Below are positions 42,991-59,036 of a stretch of 64,000 nt of DNA, in pieces. Below the pieces are notes generated by a model. The model worked only from the letters and a program-made list of their open reading frames with translations, searched no databases and was not told the origin of the DNA. How positions within the stretch are numbered: the stretch's first letter is position 1; each line of letters opens with the position of its first letter. Source of the stretch: Eledone cirrhosa (Eukaryota); assembly GCA_964016885.1 (NCBI GenBank), contig OZ024740.1, positions 400,830,001 through 400,894,000 on the forward strand, written 5' to 3'. The position numbers and the translations under genes are program-made.

Positions 42991-44427
42991 ACTATTTTAA
43001 CGGCCCTGAATTTTACTGCAGAGGCTAGAGATACTCAACTGTCACTGCAAGGCTCACTCGCTCAATCAGGATGTGTGGTTTCATGTTTCTGGCACAGGAT
43101 TATCCGATTTTAAGAGTATGATGGTTAAAGATCTGGAGGTATTTGTGTCTTACGGGAAAGTTTGTATCTATAGGCGCTAAAAACTTATTTCCGACATAAT
43201 TTTGACATTTAACGAGAAGGGAGAAGAAAATAAGGTTTTCGCTTTATTTCTTGTCTTTGTTTTTCCTATTAGTATTTGGGGAGTGGCCTGGAGTATAGGA
43301 AACAGACACTATACTATTGCATAATGTCGTATTATAATAGGTGTCTGCCCTATCGAAAATGACTTGGTTAGATGAGAGGTTAGATAGCCGCTTTTTAATA
43401 TTCTTAACTTTGCAAATAAAATATGGCAACACAAAGAAAGAACATAGACATCTCTGTCAAATGGCAGATACTAGAAAAATCTCGAACATATATATAAATG
43501 GCCTGCAGATTATTCCATGTCGAGAAATGGTGGATATTGAATAATCTCCACAATAATATCAAACCACTTAACACACGTACATAGTTCTTCTCGCAATGTT
43601 TTCATGCTTCTAAGTAGCTTTCAAGGAACTTGTCTCCTTTATATTAACAACCTTAATCTACGTATGTGTTGGATCCCCCCATAATTATTAACTAATTCAG
43701 CATTTGTCCGCGTTTTTTCGGTCAAATCGTCTCTCCAAATCAATCCAGATTATCTACCATTGTTTTGGGGGATCTTCTCTCTTTCACTATTGTTCTATAT
43801 TCCTTTTTGAATAAAAATTTTCCGGCCCATTTTCATCGGAACAGGTTGATTAAGTTGGTCTTCAGCTCTAAGGAAACGTAGGTACTTGGAATGGCGCCAT
43901 TGTAACAATTATATTCAAACTAAGGAATTAAGTTGCTCTATACTATGGATATATTTACCTACCTAGTATTACTATACAAATATATATATATATAGAAATA
44001 CACTTGAGTGTGTATATGTATTTATAAACATACATGTATATATGTATAAATATATCCACACATTATATATATATATATATACCGGTAGGCAATAAAAAAA
44101 ATGAAAACAAATATAATTTCCTGCTATTCCTGTCCATCCTGTTTTCTTGTTTATTTTTCGCTTGACTACTTTCCTTTAACCAGGAAGATTGTTGTCAACA
44201 AAGAGGTAGAGTTTTCGCGAAAAGCTTCTACTAACTAAAACAATTTTTTCTCAACCGTGAAGCAAACTTTCCGTATATACCGCACTTCCTAAACATGTCT
44301 CTCTGCTAATTGTTCTTTGATTGCCGTTTTCGGTCAATAAGGAAATTTGAAACCTTAGATGAGTGATAGACACAGCAATAGAAGGGAAAGATACTTTTAT
44401 ACTTCGACACGAATATATATATATATG

Positions 44428-44471
<44 letters not shown>

Positions 44472-45036
44472 CGTGTGTGTGTGTGTGTGTCTATCTGTGT
44501 GTGTGTTTACGCATATTATGTTTGCCCATACATTAACTTTCTTTTTTGACGCTACAACAAAATAGTGTCCACTATGATTCGATGTTTAAATATAAACTAT
44601 AAAAGCCCACATAAAGCCGGTAATTAAATTCCCTATTTGTAGGATTAGACTACTGAAAGACAAATCATTCGTCTGTATATCACACTAATCTAATCGTTGC
44701 TAGGTTTTACTCGAAGACCTCATAATGACTCTTCACCCTGCTAAAATGTCATCGGATATATGGTAACAATCAGCAGCCTGGCAATTGTAACTCCCTCATA
44801 CCGTCAAATCACAATTTAGCTACCAAATACCAAACGGCAGTCAACGTTGATGTATGTGATACAAGACACATGGGAAGGCCTTGGGTGGAATGTCATTGTC
44901 CACTGAACTGGGGTGTGGATGAACAACTTCACAATGAATGTTGTTGAAATATACGCACTTTAGGAACGTTTGGATCAGTGTTGTGTATATTGGTATATTG
45001 TGTAAATGTATTTACTTATTTATATGTGAGTCTCTC

Positions 45037-45301
<265 letters not shown>

Positions 45302-45306
45302 TAAAC

Positions 45307-46571
<1,265 letters not shown>

Positions 46572-47066
46572 ACGGCAATTATGGCTTTTGCATGCGTTTA
46601 TCAGGTTTAATTCGATTGCAAGCATGTAGACAAACACATCTTTCAGTACGATGCATTGTTCAGATTTTACATTCCCGTGATGACACTGATTCCAGGACAT
46701 ACTGTTGGGAACAATATTTTTCAGTGGAAAATTTCACTAAATAGTATGACCTTCAATATGCGACCTGCTTTTAAGCTGTTCGTGTTTATAACATGCACAC
46801 ATGTTCACATGTTTGAGAGGCCAACAATATGTCATAGACATAATATTGGAAAACTTAAATTGTACAACACTACCTGCCATCGAAAACGGTAATCATATTT
46901 ACGAAACGTATGAGTAAACATACATAAAACTCTACTCATATCGAACACAATATTATACTGAGCAATTTACATTTTCATAATACGAAGCACACACACACAC
47001 ACACAGACTCAACCCCCCCCCCCCCCATGTATATGTATTGTATATGTGTTGAATATATATATATAT

Positions 47067-47090
47067 ATACAATATGTTGAAAGGGTAACA

Positions 47091-47128
<38 letters not shown>

Positions 47129-47146
47129 AGAGAGAGAGAGAGAGAG

Positions 47147-47227
<81 letters not shown>

Positions 47228-47744
47228 TGTGCCATCAATAAAACAGGGAAAACCATCAGTGTATGGAATCTATAATCTATGGAAGGCTGGGTAGACACAA
47301 TAATTAAAAGTATAAATTAAAATGTATATACGCACCTCTATAACTATATAACACGCGCGTACAAATCCAAAGAGATCTGTTTCGCCAGGAAGTTGTTGAC
47401 TGAAATGGAATAGCCTATGGGTCATCAGCGCATGTAAGACTGTACATTCCAGACAACTCTAAGATAATCTAAGAGGATCGTCCAGCAACACGCGGCTGAG
47501 AGATGTGACAACGTGCGCAGGGCAGTGAACCAGTGGGACGAGCTACTAGAAAGGGCAGCCCAAAAGCCACTCAAAGAAATGTGCTTAAGCAAACAGAGAG
47601 AGAGAGGAAAGACTGTTATAAGGAACGATATATCACGATAAATTAACGGAGCCATAGACTCTCGTTATTCCCTGTAAATAATGTGCTCAAAGGAAAAGGA
47701 ATCCTGAACTCTTTAAAATACAATATGTTGAAAGAGTAACACAC

Positions 47745-47834
<90 letters not shown>

Positions 47835-47848
47835 GATAGTGTGCCATC
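47067..47848 (-). mobile_element. Hammerhead family G: 651-bp monomer with (GA)n-containing direct terminal repeats
   Basis: ATACAATATGTTGAAAG.GTAACACAC-(GA)n-TAGTGTGCCATC occurs at 47067 and 47718; TA tracts outside. Confidence 0.8.
47355..47433 (-). ncRNA. Full type I hammerhead ribozyme, family G
   Basis: TGCG-CTGATGA-cCCAtAGG...CCTGGc-GAAA-CAGATCT cttt GGATTTG-TA^CGCG. Stem III 8 bp; GUA site. Confidence 0.8.
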
Positions 47849-47898
<50 letters not shown>

Positions 47899-48529
47899 TA
47901 TATGCATATATTTGTTTATATGCATATATTTGTATATGTACGGGTATATATTTGTGTGTTTGTTAACACATGCTTGGGACAAATAGTTAATAAGTTTGCA
48001 TCGCTGTCTTTAGATGCTGGCTTTAACGCCTCTTCACGGCATCTGCGGCAAGTGCGTTTTATAATTGCCTTGTGTCATGTGAGGGATCGTGAATGGAATT
48101 GGATGCACAAAAACTGCATAGTTCCCGTCTGATATAACGCACATGTAACATGGACGTGCCGATTCCCATAGAGAATTAGAATAAGGGTACACGTGATTAA
48201 CACATACTGAATCAATTCACTCCTAAATTCGTAGTGTAGGTATTTCAGTAGTCTAGCTAAGCTATATTAATACAAATCAATCAAAATACATATATACGAG
48301 AGAGTCAATATATATGGATTGTAATCACAAATTATTGCCTAATGCATGGCCCCGTAATTCCTGGGAAAGTCGTTGGGGTACCGTATTGACATACTGCGTT
48401 TCTATGGTATTTATAGACATGGAGGAGTCCAATTCTCTCCAGGCTTGTGTATAGCAGATTTCTTCCAGAGAATGATACAGAGAATGTTTAAATGGAAGTG
48501 TGAAAGGGATATAGAGGAGAAAACGACCA

Positions 48530-48675
48530 GAGTACTTGACTGGCACTTTTTTCATCGACCTCGAATGGATGAAAGGCAAAGTTGACCTCGGCGGAATTTG
48601 AAGTCAGAGAGCAAAGGGCCGAAAGGAATACGGCAAAGCATCAGATGTTCTGACAATTATGCCAACTCGCCGCAT
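48530..48675 (-). mobile_element. tRNA-derived SINE (different subfamily), minus strand
   Basis: GGATGAAAGGCAAAGTTGACCTCGGCGGAATTTGAA...TGCCAACTCGCCGC. Confidence 0.75.
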
Positions 48676-48894
48676 CCGTTGTCTAATAATCTACTAATAA
48701 TGTTGATAAATTGAAACTGAACCCCTGCGGCTACCTCTCTGTATTGGAATATGTCACAAGTAATGATGTCTTGAATCTGCGGGCACTATTTACTTTGAAT
48801 GAATATATTCCATGCGCTATAATAGGAATGTGAAACTCTACTTGCTAAGTGGGCCTGTATGTGAGTGTATATATACATACTATACATACATATA

Positions 48895-48938
<44 letters not shown>

Positions 48939-48977
48939 TATGTGTGTGTATAAGTGTGTATGTAGGAATACATACGT

Positions 48978-49051
<74 letters not shown>

Positions 49052-49069
49052 ATATGTGTGCATACATAC

Positions 49070-49153
<84 letters not shown>

Positions 49154-49237
49154 CACCACCACCCCACTCTCAAGAGCGTGAAACTAATAAACCTTTGTTC
49201 GTACTGCCTCTCTGTTTTGTTCCCGTTCCATTTTTCA

Positions 49238-49288
<51 letters not shown>

Positions 49289-49680
49289 CGTGCGTGAACG
49301 TGTGTGTTGGTATGTAAGTAAGATAAGTATGTCCATCTGTAATAAATACAGAATTTGTCAAACACTTTAAGGAATTATGTGGGTAGACAAGTGTGTTGAT
49401 AAACAAGCTAAATGTATAGGTTCCCGGAAGTATAAACATACCTCGCAACAACGCTATCGCATTAATGGTCAGTTATGTTTGCTATTTGGCCGCCGAACAC
49501 ATATGGCATGGCAGGGGGATCATCGAAGAACGTGACATACGCATAGTATGTTGAGATAGTGACAGAGGAAGGAAGGAAATTATCACATGGTCTGGGAGGC
49601 TGAGTCATTCAGTAGCTGCGAAGCGTGGCATCTTCTGTCAACATAGACGGGAGCTTGTAAACATCCATATTCATATAGAT

Positions 49681-49722
<42 letters not shown>

Positions 49723-49723
49723 T

Positions 49724-50283
49724 GGTGGTTGCCAACTCGTTTTCGAGTACGGCCACTACTTTATATCCATGTAGGAGAACCCCTAGCGAACCGCTGAACG
49801 AGTGTGGACTTTTTAGTCCAGCCAGCGACTTGAAAACTCTGGTACAAACACTACACTTGTGACAATTATTGACACATAGTGCTGGGGCCATGGTACCATG
49901 TGACAAGTGCAGAGAGATCTCCAGATATAAAGCAATGCCTGTGCCGTGAAGCTTTTATAGTGAGAAAAGGCACTGCGCAGAGCCAGTCCCACTCTCTTAA
50001 CCAAGATGATATTTACCATAAAGAAGAACAAGTCAACATCATTGGATACCATCAGGGTTGCAGGTGTTATATCTGAGTTTTCCTTCTCCTAGAATTCTGC
50101 CTTGACAAAGGCTAAGGGGTCATCTCTCCCGGTGATTTTGGATGGCCATTGACTCTTAAGAGTTCCTTTGCCCTTTTACAGGTTTTGTTTTTAGTCCTGC
50201 AGGATGTCCAAAGTCACCCTCCTCACCAAGAGACAGGTTGTACTGGGATACATGTTACCAGTAGCACCAACTGGTGACCTGAC
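49724..50283 (-). mobile_element. Bipartite RTE derivative, copy 2
   Basis: Collinear with 3976-4558, with one internal deletion of ~45 bp and ~25 extra 5' nt; TA tracts on both sides. Confidence 0.72.
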
Positions 50284-50652
50284 ATATATATACATATATA
50301 CATACATAAATATATATATATATATATATGTATGTATATATATATGTGTGTGTGGGCGCCTGTGTGTGTGCATAAGCATATGTACTGACTTATACACATA
50401 TACAGACATATATACACACATACAGAGATATATACGTTGAAACAGGCGCACACACAGAGACACCTGGATGCCTCAGTATATGTACGGATTGTTGTACGGG
50501 TGAGAAGCATTAAAATGCCAGCATTTTAGTTTCAGAGGTCATATATATTGTATATATGAGAATATTTGTAAATATATGTATCTCGATGTTACACGTAAAC
50601 ACTGTTACTCATTTCTATCTAAATATGCATATATATGTATGTATATATATAT

Positions 50653-50789
<137 letters not shown>

Positions 50790-51023
50790 TATCTTCCTTT
50801 CCTCCTGTCTTTACTTATCTCTTTCTTTTTTTTCTCCATGCATCTCTCTCTCTCTCCGATATTTCTCCACGTTTTTTCTTTCTCTCCGTCTTTTTCTAAT
50901 TGTCCTTAACACTATGACTTATTAAAGTAATATAAACAAATCACTATCCGGATGACTTCCAAAAACAATGGTTGCATTTTAATAGGGTACGTCAAAGCTT
51001 ATTTGTAAAACTGTTATTCATTG

Positions 51024-51088
51024 TATTTTGTCTGATGAAGGCATACCATAATTTAATTTGGTATCCCTGAAATATGTATAATAAAATA
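51024..51088 (+). ncRNA. Minimal type I hammerhead ribozyme, family A (element 50945-51128)
   Basis: TATTTTGT-CTGATGA-AGGcATACCA...TGGTATcCCT-GAAA-TATGTA-TA^ATAAAATA. Confidence 0.8.
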
Positions 51089-51127
51089 AATATGGTTTTA
51101 TAAATATAGTTTCCATTTATTAATAAC

Positions 51128-51185
<58 letters not shown>

Positions 51186-51648
51186 TAATAAAAATAATGA
51201 ATAAAAGCAAAGAAACAGTTCCTTATATTAAAAAATTCATAATTTTACGATCGTTTCTCGGATATATATGTGTGTGTTGGTATGTATATCATATAGATCT
51301 ATGTAAAATGTTTATAAACTATCAGAGGGAATATACATACCTACAAATATATATGCTGTCTTCAGAAATAATGATATTTGTTTATTGAAAAAAAACAACA
51401 AAGATTTAATATATATATATATATATATATATGTGTGTATATATATGTATGTATATATATATATATGTTTATATATATGTATATATATATGTATATATTT
51501 GCATATATATATTTATATATATATGCAAATATATACATATATATATACATATAAATATATACATATACAAATATATATATATATGTATTCAGACATACAC
51601 ACACACATACACACACATATATATTTGTATATATATATATACATATAC

Positions 51649-51764
<116 letters not shown>

Positions 51765-52307
51765 TCTTGTGTATGTGAATATTTGATAACGTAGCTGAGA
51801 ATTCAGTATTTGTGTACGCGTGTCATATCTACGTATGCATATATTTATATGTTTATTTGCATACTTCTACTTGAGAACGCGTGTGCTTCTATGTGTGACA
51901 ATGTGTGTGTGTTTTTGTGTGTCTTTATGTGGAAGTATATATATGTGTGAGTGTAACTGGCTTGTTTTCATTCATAGTTTTAAAGGGAAAATTAACATTC
52001 TCTGTAAATACCTCACACTCTTATCTCAGCGCCGTGCTTAGCTTAGTGTGCTTACATATCTGGCAAAGGGGAAACTAAATAATATATCGTTTGGTCAGAT
52101 TTTGGTCAACAGGCCGGATAAGAAAGATTCCTGGTTTTATTGGCGCCACTAGCCTGGAGTTAAAAACCAGACAAATGGCACGTTCTCTGACGGCAGCTGT
52201 CAACGCATTCTTCCCTGAAATCAACGTTATTTGTTTTTTATCTTTATTCTTTAATTCGTTGTTGGACAGATTTGATAAAAGTAACATTCTGATTTTTAAG
52301 AGGAATT

Positions 52308-52390
52308 GCTACTGATGAATGGAGTATTAACAAACATGCTGAATGTGGGGTGCAGTGAATATTCCGAAACTTTCATTTATGAAGTTTAAA
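52308..52390 (+). ncRNA. Degenerate hammerhead-like motif
   Basis: CTGATGA-atGGAGTATT...AATATTCC-GAAA-CTTTCAT tt ATGAAG-TT. Stem I is only 2 bp. Confidence 0.45.
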
Positions 52391-52409
52391 CATTTTGTGT
52401 TTAGTAAAT

Positions 52410-53140
52410 GTAGGACATTCGATGTACATACTTTACATTACAAGCATAGTTACGTCCCTTTACGGTCTGAGTTCAAATCCCGTCGACTTTAACTTTGCCT
52501 ATCACCCTTACGAGATGGATAAAATAAAGTACCAGTAATGTACTGGGCTGGTGTCAAAAGTAGAAACAATTATTATTTCTTTTTTTAAAGGTAGAAACGG
52601 TAGAAAATTAGCGTAGTGCAGAGAACCATCATAATTGTTTCTACTTTTGGCACAAGGCCAGCAATTAATCCAGTGTATTACTGGTACTTTATTTTATCGA
52701 CACCGTAAGGATGAAAGGCAAAGTTAACCTCGGCGGGATTTGAACTCAGACCATAAAGACCGTAACTCTTTGCTGCAAAGCATGGCGTCAGTCCCTCTAC
52801 CGATACTGCCAAGAATCATTATAATGGTGGATTGGCAGTAACGGTAGAGGGTCGGACGCCATGCTTTGCAGCAAAGAGTTACGGTCTTTTACAATCTGAG
52901 TTCAAATCCCGCCGATGTTAACTTTACCTTTCATCCTTACGGGGTCGATAAAATAAAGTACCAGTAATACATTGGGATAATTGCTGGTCTTGTGCCAAAA
53001 GTAGAATCAATAATAAAAATTGTTTCTCTTTTTTGTCACAAGGCCAGCAATTACCCTGTACATTATTGGTACATTATTTTAGCGACCCGGTAAGGATGAA
53101 AGGCAAACTTAACCTCGAAAGGATTTGAACTCAGACAATA
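52410..53140. mobile_element. Four SINE copies in alternating orientation (+,-,+,-)
   Basis: Approximately 52410-52575 +, 52630-52812 -, 52826-53010 +, 53020-53140 -. Confidence 0.85.
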
Positions 53141-53295
53141 AAGGGAATCATTATAATAATATCTGCACCCTAGTATTTTAAAGCATAGCGTACTAACTTG
53201 AATTATATTAGTGGTCTGAACTAGTGATGTCTTATCCATCGACACACAAACAGACACACACAAAAACAAAATATACATAAACACTCTTACGCATG

Positions 53296-53408
<113 letters not shown>

Positions 53409-54134
53409 TTATTTTATTTAGAGATGACGTGTTGATTTCATAGAAGAGGAAAATGCATTTCGGTAAGAAATAAATATGCTTTTCCCTACTTAAATAATTG
53501 ATGTTCTGAGTAACAGTTTCGTATTTACAGGATGGAATGGTGTGACATATACTTTACGAGAATTGTACAAAAATTCAAATTCAAATTAAAAGCACAGAGT
53601 AGAATGCATGCAACGGATAATACAAGGGAATAGTCTAATAATTAAAGAGGCATTGAGAAAGGAACTTTGAGAAAGAAAGAGTACATTAGCAATACATATG
53701 CAGGTGTGTAGAAAGTGCAGATGCGTTAGTCATATATATGAGAAGGAAATAAGCTAAGTTATTATGCATATATAGATAAATAAATACTGTATTTTAAGCC
53801 AAAATGTAATGTATTAAAAATCTAAGTTGGACGTAGTTTGTTGATAGTGTTTGAATTTGTATGTGTTAAGGAGAATAAAGTTATTGCAGTCTCTTCCATT
53901 ACATATGTTGAATTATATTTTAGTTAATGTTTATATTGAATGTTTAAGTTAGTTAACGCAATGGATTGTAAATTAGTCTTATTGTATTCATATTCATGGA
54001 CTATAGTTGTTCAGCAGGTAGGTTTTCCAACGGTTAAAATTTCCGGAAGGGAGTAAGGGGAGCTAATGCGTAAAGGGAGGTAACTAGCTAATTAAATTCA
54101 GTTATTCAAAATCTTTGCTCTAATACTCATTATA

Positions 54135-54835
54135 ATTGTTTCTACGTTTGGCACAAGGCCAGCAATTATCCAGTACATTACTGGTACTTTATTTTATCGA
54201 CCCCGTAAGAATGAAAGGCAAAGTTACATTTATACTTGATTTTAAATACAGTGTATTTTATTATAATACATTAAAGGTCCCTTCAGATTGTTATCTATTC
54301 ATTACTGGACAAGATGTATGTTATGGAAAATAGCTGTTTATATGTCCAAATAGATATATCATTTGTGTAATAATATACATTATTGTTTAAAAAATTAACC
54401 TTTATATACAATGCTATTACATTATATATTTAATTATAAATGTATATATACCTTATTGCCATGCTTTGCAGCATAGAGTTACGGCCCTTTATGGTCTGAG
54501 TTCAAATCCCGCCGAGGTTAACTTTGCCTTTCATCCTTACGGGGTCGATAAAATAAAGTACCAGTAATACACTGGTATAATTGCTGGCCTTGTGCCTAAA
54601 GTAGAAACAATTATTATTACATTGTGTTATTAATTTAAGTAATATAAGAGGGCGGTGGATTGGCAGTATCGGTAGAGGGTCGGACGCCATGCTTTCCAGC
54701 ATAGTTACGTCCCTTTACGATCTGAGTTCAAATCCCGCCGAGGTTGACTTTGCCTTTCATCCTTACGGGGTCGATAAAATAAAGTACCAGTAATGCACTG
54801 GATAATTGCTGCCCTTGTGCCTAAAGTAGAAACAG
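54135..54835. mobile_element. SINE copies of the internally deleted subfamily (one minus, two plus)
   Basis: 54135-54228 -, 54458-54612 +, 54650-54835 +. Another copy at 56790-56950. Confidence 0.85.
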
Positions 54836-55124
54836 TTATTAATTTAAGTATTTAATTATATAAATGTATATATAGTTTATTATTACATATTACATTAAAT
54901 GTCTCTACATATTAAATATCCATTACTTTATATGATATAACTAAGCTATATTAGTTATACCAAAATGTGGTAACTTTATGTTTAATTTTAACAGTTATTG
55001 CAGAGTATAAGTTTAGAGGTACATAGGAGTTGTGTAGAGGAAAAAGCTGATCAAATAGTGTGTAGCTGTGGGGGATGATAAGTCCTAGATGTGAAGTGTT
55101 AATGATGGTGGGGATCTAAAATCT

Positions 55125-56030
55125 GACATTGATATATACTAACAGTTAGGTTTAAAGTTATGGAATGTGTGACGGTATCGGTGTTGGCACGAGGAAAATG
55201 TCTCTGACTTTCTATTAAGGAGGTCTAGTTTCGAAAAGATTATAGTATGGGTCTCTAGAAGACAGAGATTACACAATTTATTCGGTGGTTTATACGATGA
55301 GGCCCTACCTACTACTTCCCATTGCAGTGTAAATGGTCTATTCCTAGTTTTCAGAGAGTGTCCGCAGCTAGATAAAGAAGTGGAGTTGGCTAGATTGTGT
55401 TTTTTGAAAGAGTGGAGGTGCGAGTTGTATCTCGTCTTGAAGCTGTTCGAAGTAAAGCCGATATATGTTTTAGAAGAGTTGTTTGCGTTGGCGGTGCATG
55501 AGTGGATGATGTCTTTGGTTAAGCAATTATTACCTAATGGGCAAGTTCTATTAGTTCTACAGTTACATTTATTCTGGATGTTAGCTTGCCGGTTCCTATG
55601 TTGTGAAGAATTCTGGTTGCTAGGGATAGCACTAGGGTAATGATGTCTGTCATTCGTATTGTTATTGATTTCATTAGTGCTATTATCAGTATTACTATTA
55701 TTACTACTATTGTTTACAGGTACTAAGTTTACCTCCTGTTGTGTTTTAATTAGTTGGAAATAATTATTTATCTTCCTTTTATTACTACTAGCTACATGGT
55801 ATGCTATGTTAGGTGTGGTGGAGTAAGATAGTTTAATGGTATTTTTATTGATAAGGTTATGGTACTTGTGGCTGGACGGGAAGTATTTTTCTAAGATTGA
55901 GAAGAAAGCCGTAGGCAGGTTGGTAGAGACGTTTAGATTGAAAGGGGGATTGAATATTGTATTAGTTCTCCTTCTATATTTGTTTTTAGTATTGTTTTTT
56001 AGGTATTTATATCCCTGTTTATATTATTAT
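55125..56030 (-). mobile_element. Penelope-like element fragment (second clade, C-terminal linker + GIY-YIG), 5'-truncated
   Basis: Minus-strand translation FNPPFNLNVSTNLPTAFFSILEKYFPSSHKYHNLINKNTIKLSYS...CPLGNNCLTKDIIHSC...KTYIGFTSNSFKTRYNSHLHSF...CNLCLLETHTII...LLNRKSETFSSCQH. Confidence 0.88.
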
Positions 56031-56196
56031 TGTGCTTTTAATTTGAATTTGAATTTTTGGACAATTCTCGTAAAATATATGTCACATCCATTCCACTCCG
56101 TAAATACGAAACTGTTGCTCACAACATCAATATATATGTATCTATATTATTGTTCAGTTGAATAGGAGGTTAATTACATGTACAAACATTGGTAAC

Positions 56197-56240
56197 GTTC
56201 CGATGATCCAAATGAGAGTTTGGAAGAAACGATTGTCAGC
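56197..56240 (+). ncRNA. Degenerate minimal hammerhead (core CCGATGA)
   Basis: GTT-CCGATGA-TCCAAA tgagag TTTGGAa-GAAA-CGATTG-TC^AGC; about 45 nt upstream of a TA tract. Confidence 0.5.
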
Positions 56241-56296
56241 TATTAAATGATTTGAACACAACTTTGATAATTGTCTAATTTATTATTATATATATG

Positions 56297-56342
<46 letters not shown>

Positions 56343-56675
56343 CATACGATCCCGAATACAAACGGCCGAAATGGGATTCACCGAAGGGATTTTGGAAAAA
56401 CGTTAGTCGATATAATTCCTAGCTCAGATCGCTCCACGTGGAGCCGCTATTTCTGCTTGAGAGACCGCGTCTCCGATATTACGGACAGGGTTCGAGTGTC
56501 CTAGGAAAGAATCATGGGAAAGATTTTACGAGTAAAACACACTGACAGAATAACAGAGCAAGATAGTTGGATAAAACCCATGTGTTCTGGACTCGCTGGA
56601 ATGTGTGCTTAAAGACTCTCGCACAACGACCCTCCCAATAAGTCGGCGTCGTCATCATCATCGACAACGACGGTG

Positions 56676-56768
56676 AGAAGAAGAAGAAGAAGAAGAAGAA
56701 GAAGAAGAAGAAGAAGAAGAAGAAGAAGAAGAAGAAGAAGAAGAAGAAGAAGAAGAAGAAGAAGAAGA
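56676..56768. repeat. (GAA)n microsatellite
   Basis: About 30 pure units. Confidence 0.97.
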
Positions 56769-57321
56769 TAATGATAGTGTATATATAGTGTTGGACATCA
56801 TGCTTTGAAGCATAGAGTTACGTCCCTTTATGATCTGAGTTCAAATCCCGCCGAGGTTAACTTTGCCTTTCATCCTTACGGGGTCGATAAAATAAAGTAC
56901 CAGTAATGTACTGGGTAATTGCTGGCCTTGTGCCTAAAATAGAAACAATTATATAGTGTTAATATCCATTTTCTTAACTCGGCTTTAATGCACCAGTATT
57001 TAGACTACTTTCCTAGATTTTATTTTCCTCAAATATATATGCAATATCGTTAAATCTTCTCCCTTGTTAAAAATCCGGGATTTGACTACTGTGATTTACC
57101 AATCGATTGATGGTGAAATATATTTCTTTAATGAAATATATACAAGGAATATTAATCATTTTAAAAGGTATCTACATATATTTAAAGTTCTAGTTAAACT
57201 TTAATTAGTTACCTACCTAGCTGTGTATGCTTACGCACTTTACAAATTATTACCTGTGATTGGTTCATATGTTTATTTTAGATATATATATATATGTCAA
57301 TCAATTTCTAGTTGATATCAA

Positions 57322-57399
<78 letters not shown>

Positions 57400-57404
<5 letters not shown>

Positions 57405-57762
57405 ATACTTTGGGAGGGTCATGTTGCCAATAAGAAACAAACGCACAGAAACAAAATGGCGTAGGACAGAACAAAGGAGAGGCACAGAAACAAAGAAAGG
57501 AATCCCCAGTCACTGCAGAGGTCACAGAGTGTGTGTCGAAAGAACTATGACAATATATAAACAACTATCTGGTTGTGGAACCAACCAACCAACCAGAAAT
57601 TTATAAATTTATAAATTTATTATAAATGTATTATAATAAATTGAAGTGAACGCAACTGGTGCGTGTGTTTCTTATTGGAAACATGACCCTCCCAAAGTAT
57701 AACAATATCAGTTTCAACACACGATTTCAGATAAAGAATCTTGCTAAACAAATTCAGAAACG

Positions 57763-57765
<3 letters not shown>
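57400..57765. mobile_element. TA-anchored element with internal inverted repeat; rearranged relative at 26030-26140
   Basis: 57400-57447 is inverted at 57659-57706 (ATGACCCTCCCAAAGTATAACAA). The same blocks occur in a different orientation at 26030-26140. Confidence 0.65.
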
Positions 57766-58404
<639 letters not shown>

Positions 58405-58978
58405 GGAGCACTTACATAGAGTACTTACATAGAGCACCTTTCACTCCTATGATTTTTTCAATTCCAACGGAAACTTCAATACATATATATATATATATAT
58501 ATGTGCTTTTTCATAACTACACATGTTGGCGAACTAGCCAGTTTTAGAATTCCCTTTTTCGGATTATAATACTGTGAGAGCCCTGGTTTTCGGCTGAGCT
58601 CTGCTGATGAATGAAATCCAACCGTGACCATCTCCACTGAAAGTTTTCATGAAATAGTCTTTTAAGAATATACAGAGCATTTGATGTTATTCCAAATTGA
58701 AGGATAAGTGTTTTGAACTTTATTTTATCATGAGTTAAAGGTCTATTGATTCTTCCCTGGATTGCACTAAATTCTGTGGATGAATTTGTATCCTGATTCT
58801 CTTTTGAGATGAGTTTAAATTATTTTTCCTAAATCTTACGTTAACTACTTTTCCCATCTTGACGTTATAGTCGTATATATGTTATAGAATGCTGTTAGCT
58901 TCTCGCAAAACAATCTCTATACCTCTCATTTATATATATAAGGAGGCTGGATTTGTGTAAATCCTTGAAAGGTTTATT

Positions 58979-59036
58979 ATACTATGATCATTTCAATGAC
59001 TGGGTTCCATATGAATGCGGTGATATCATCAGGTAT
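58979..59036 (-). ncRNA. Type I hammerhead ribozyme, family F
   Basis: Reverse complement of 61301-61358 with few changes in stem II. Confidence 0.72.

Noticed and set aside
58600-58650. CTGATGA...GAAA motif; similar weak hits near 21780-21830, 33670-33725, 33827 and 62160-62200
   Set aside because: One or more of stems I-III cannot form or the core is incomplete; chance matches or too decayed to call.
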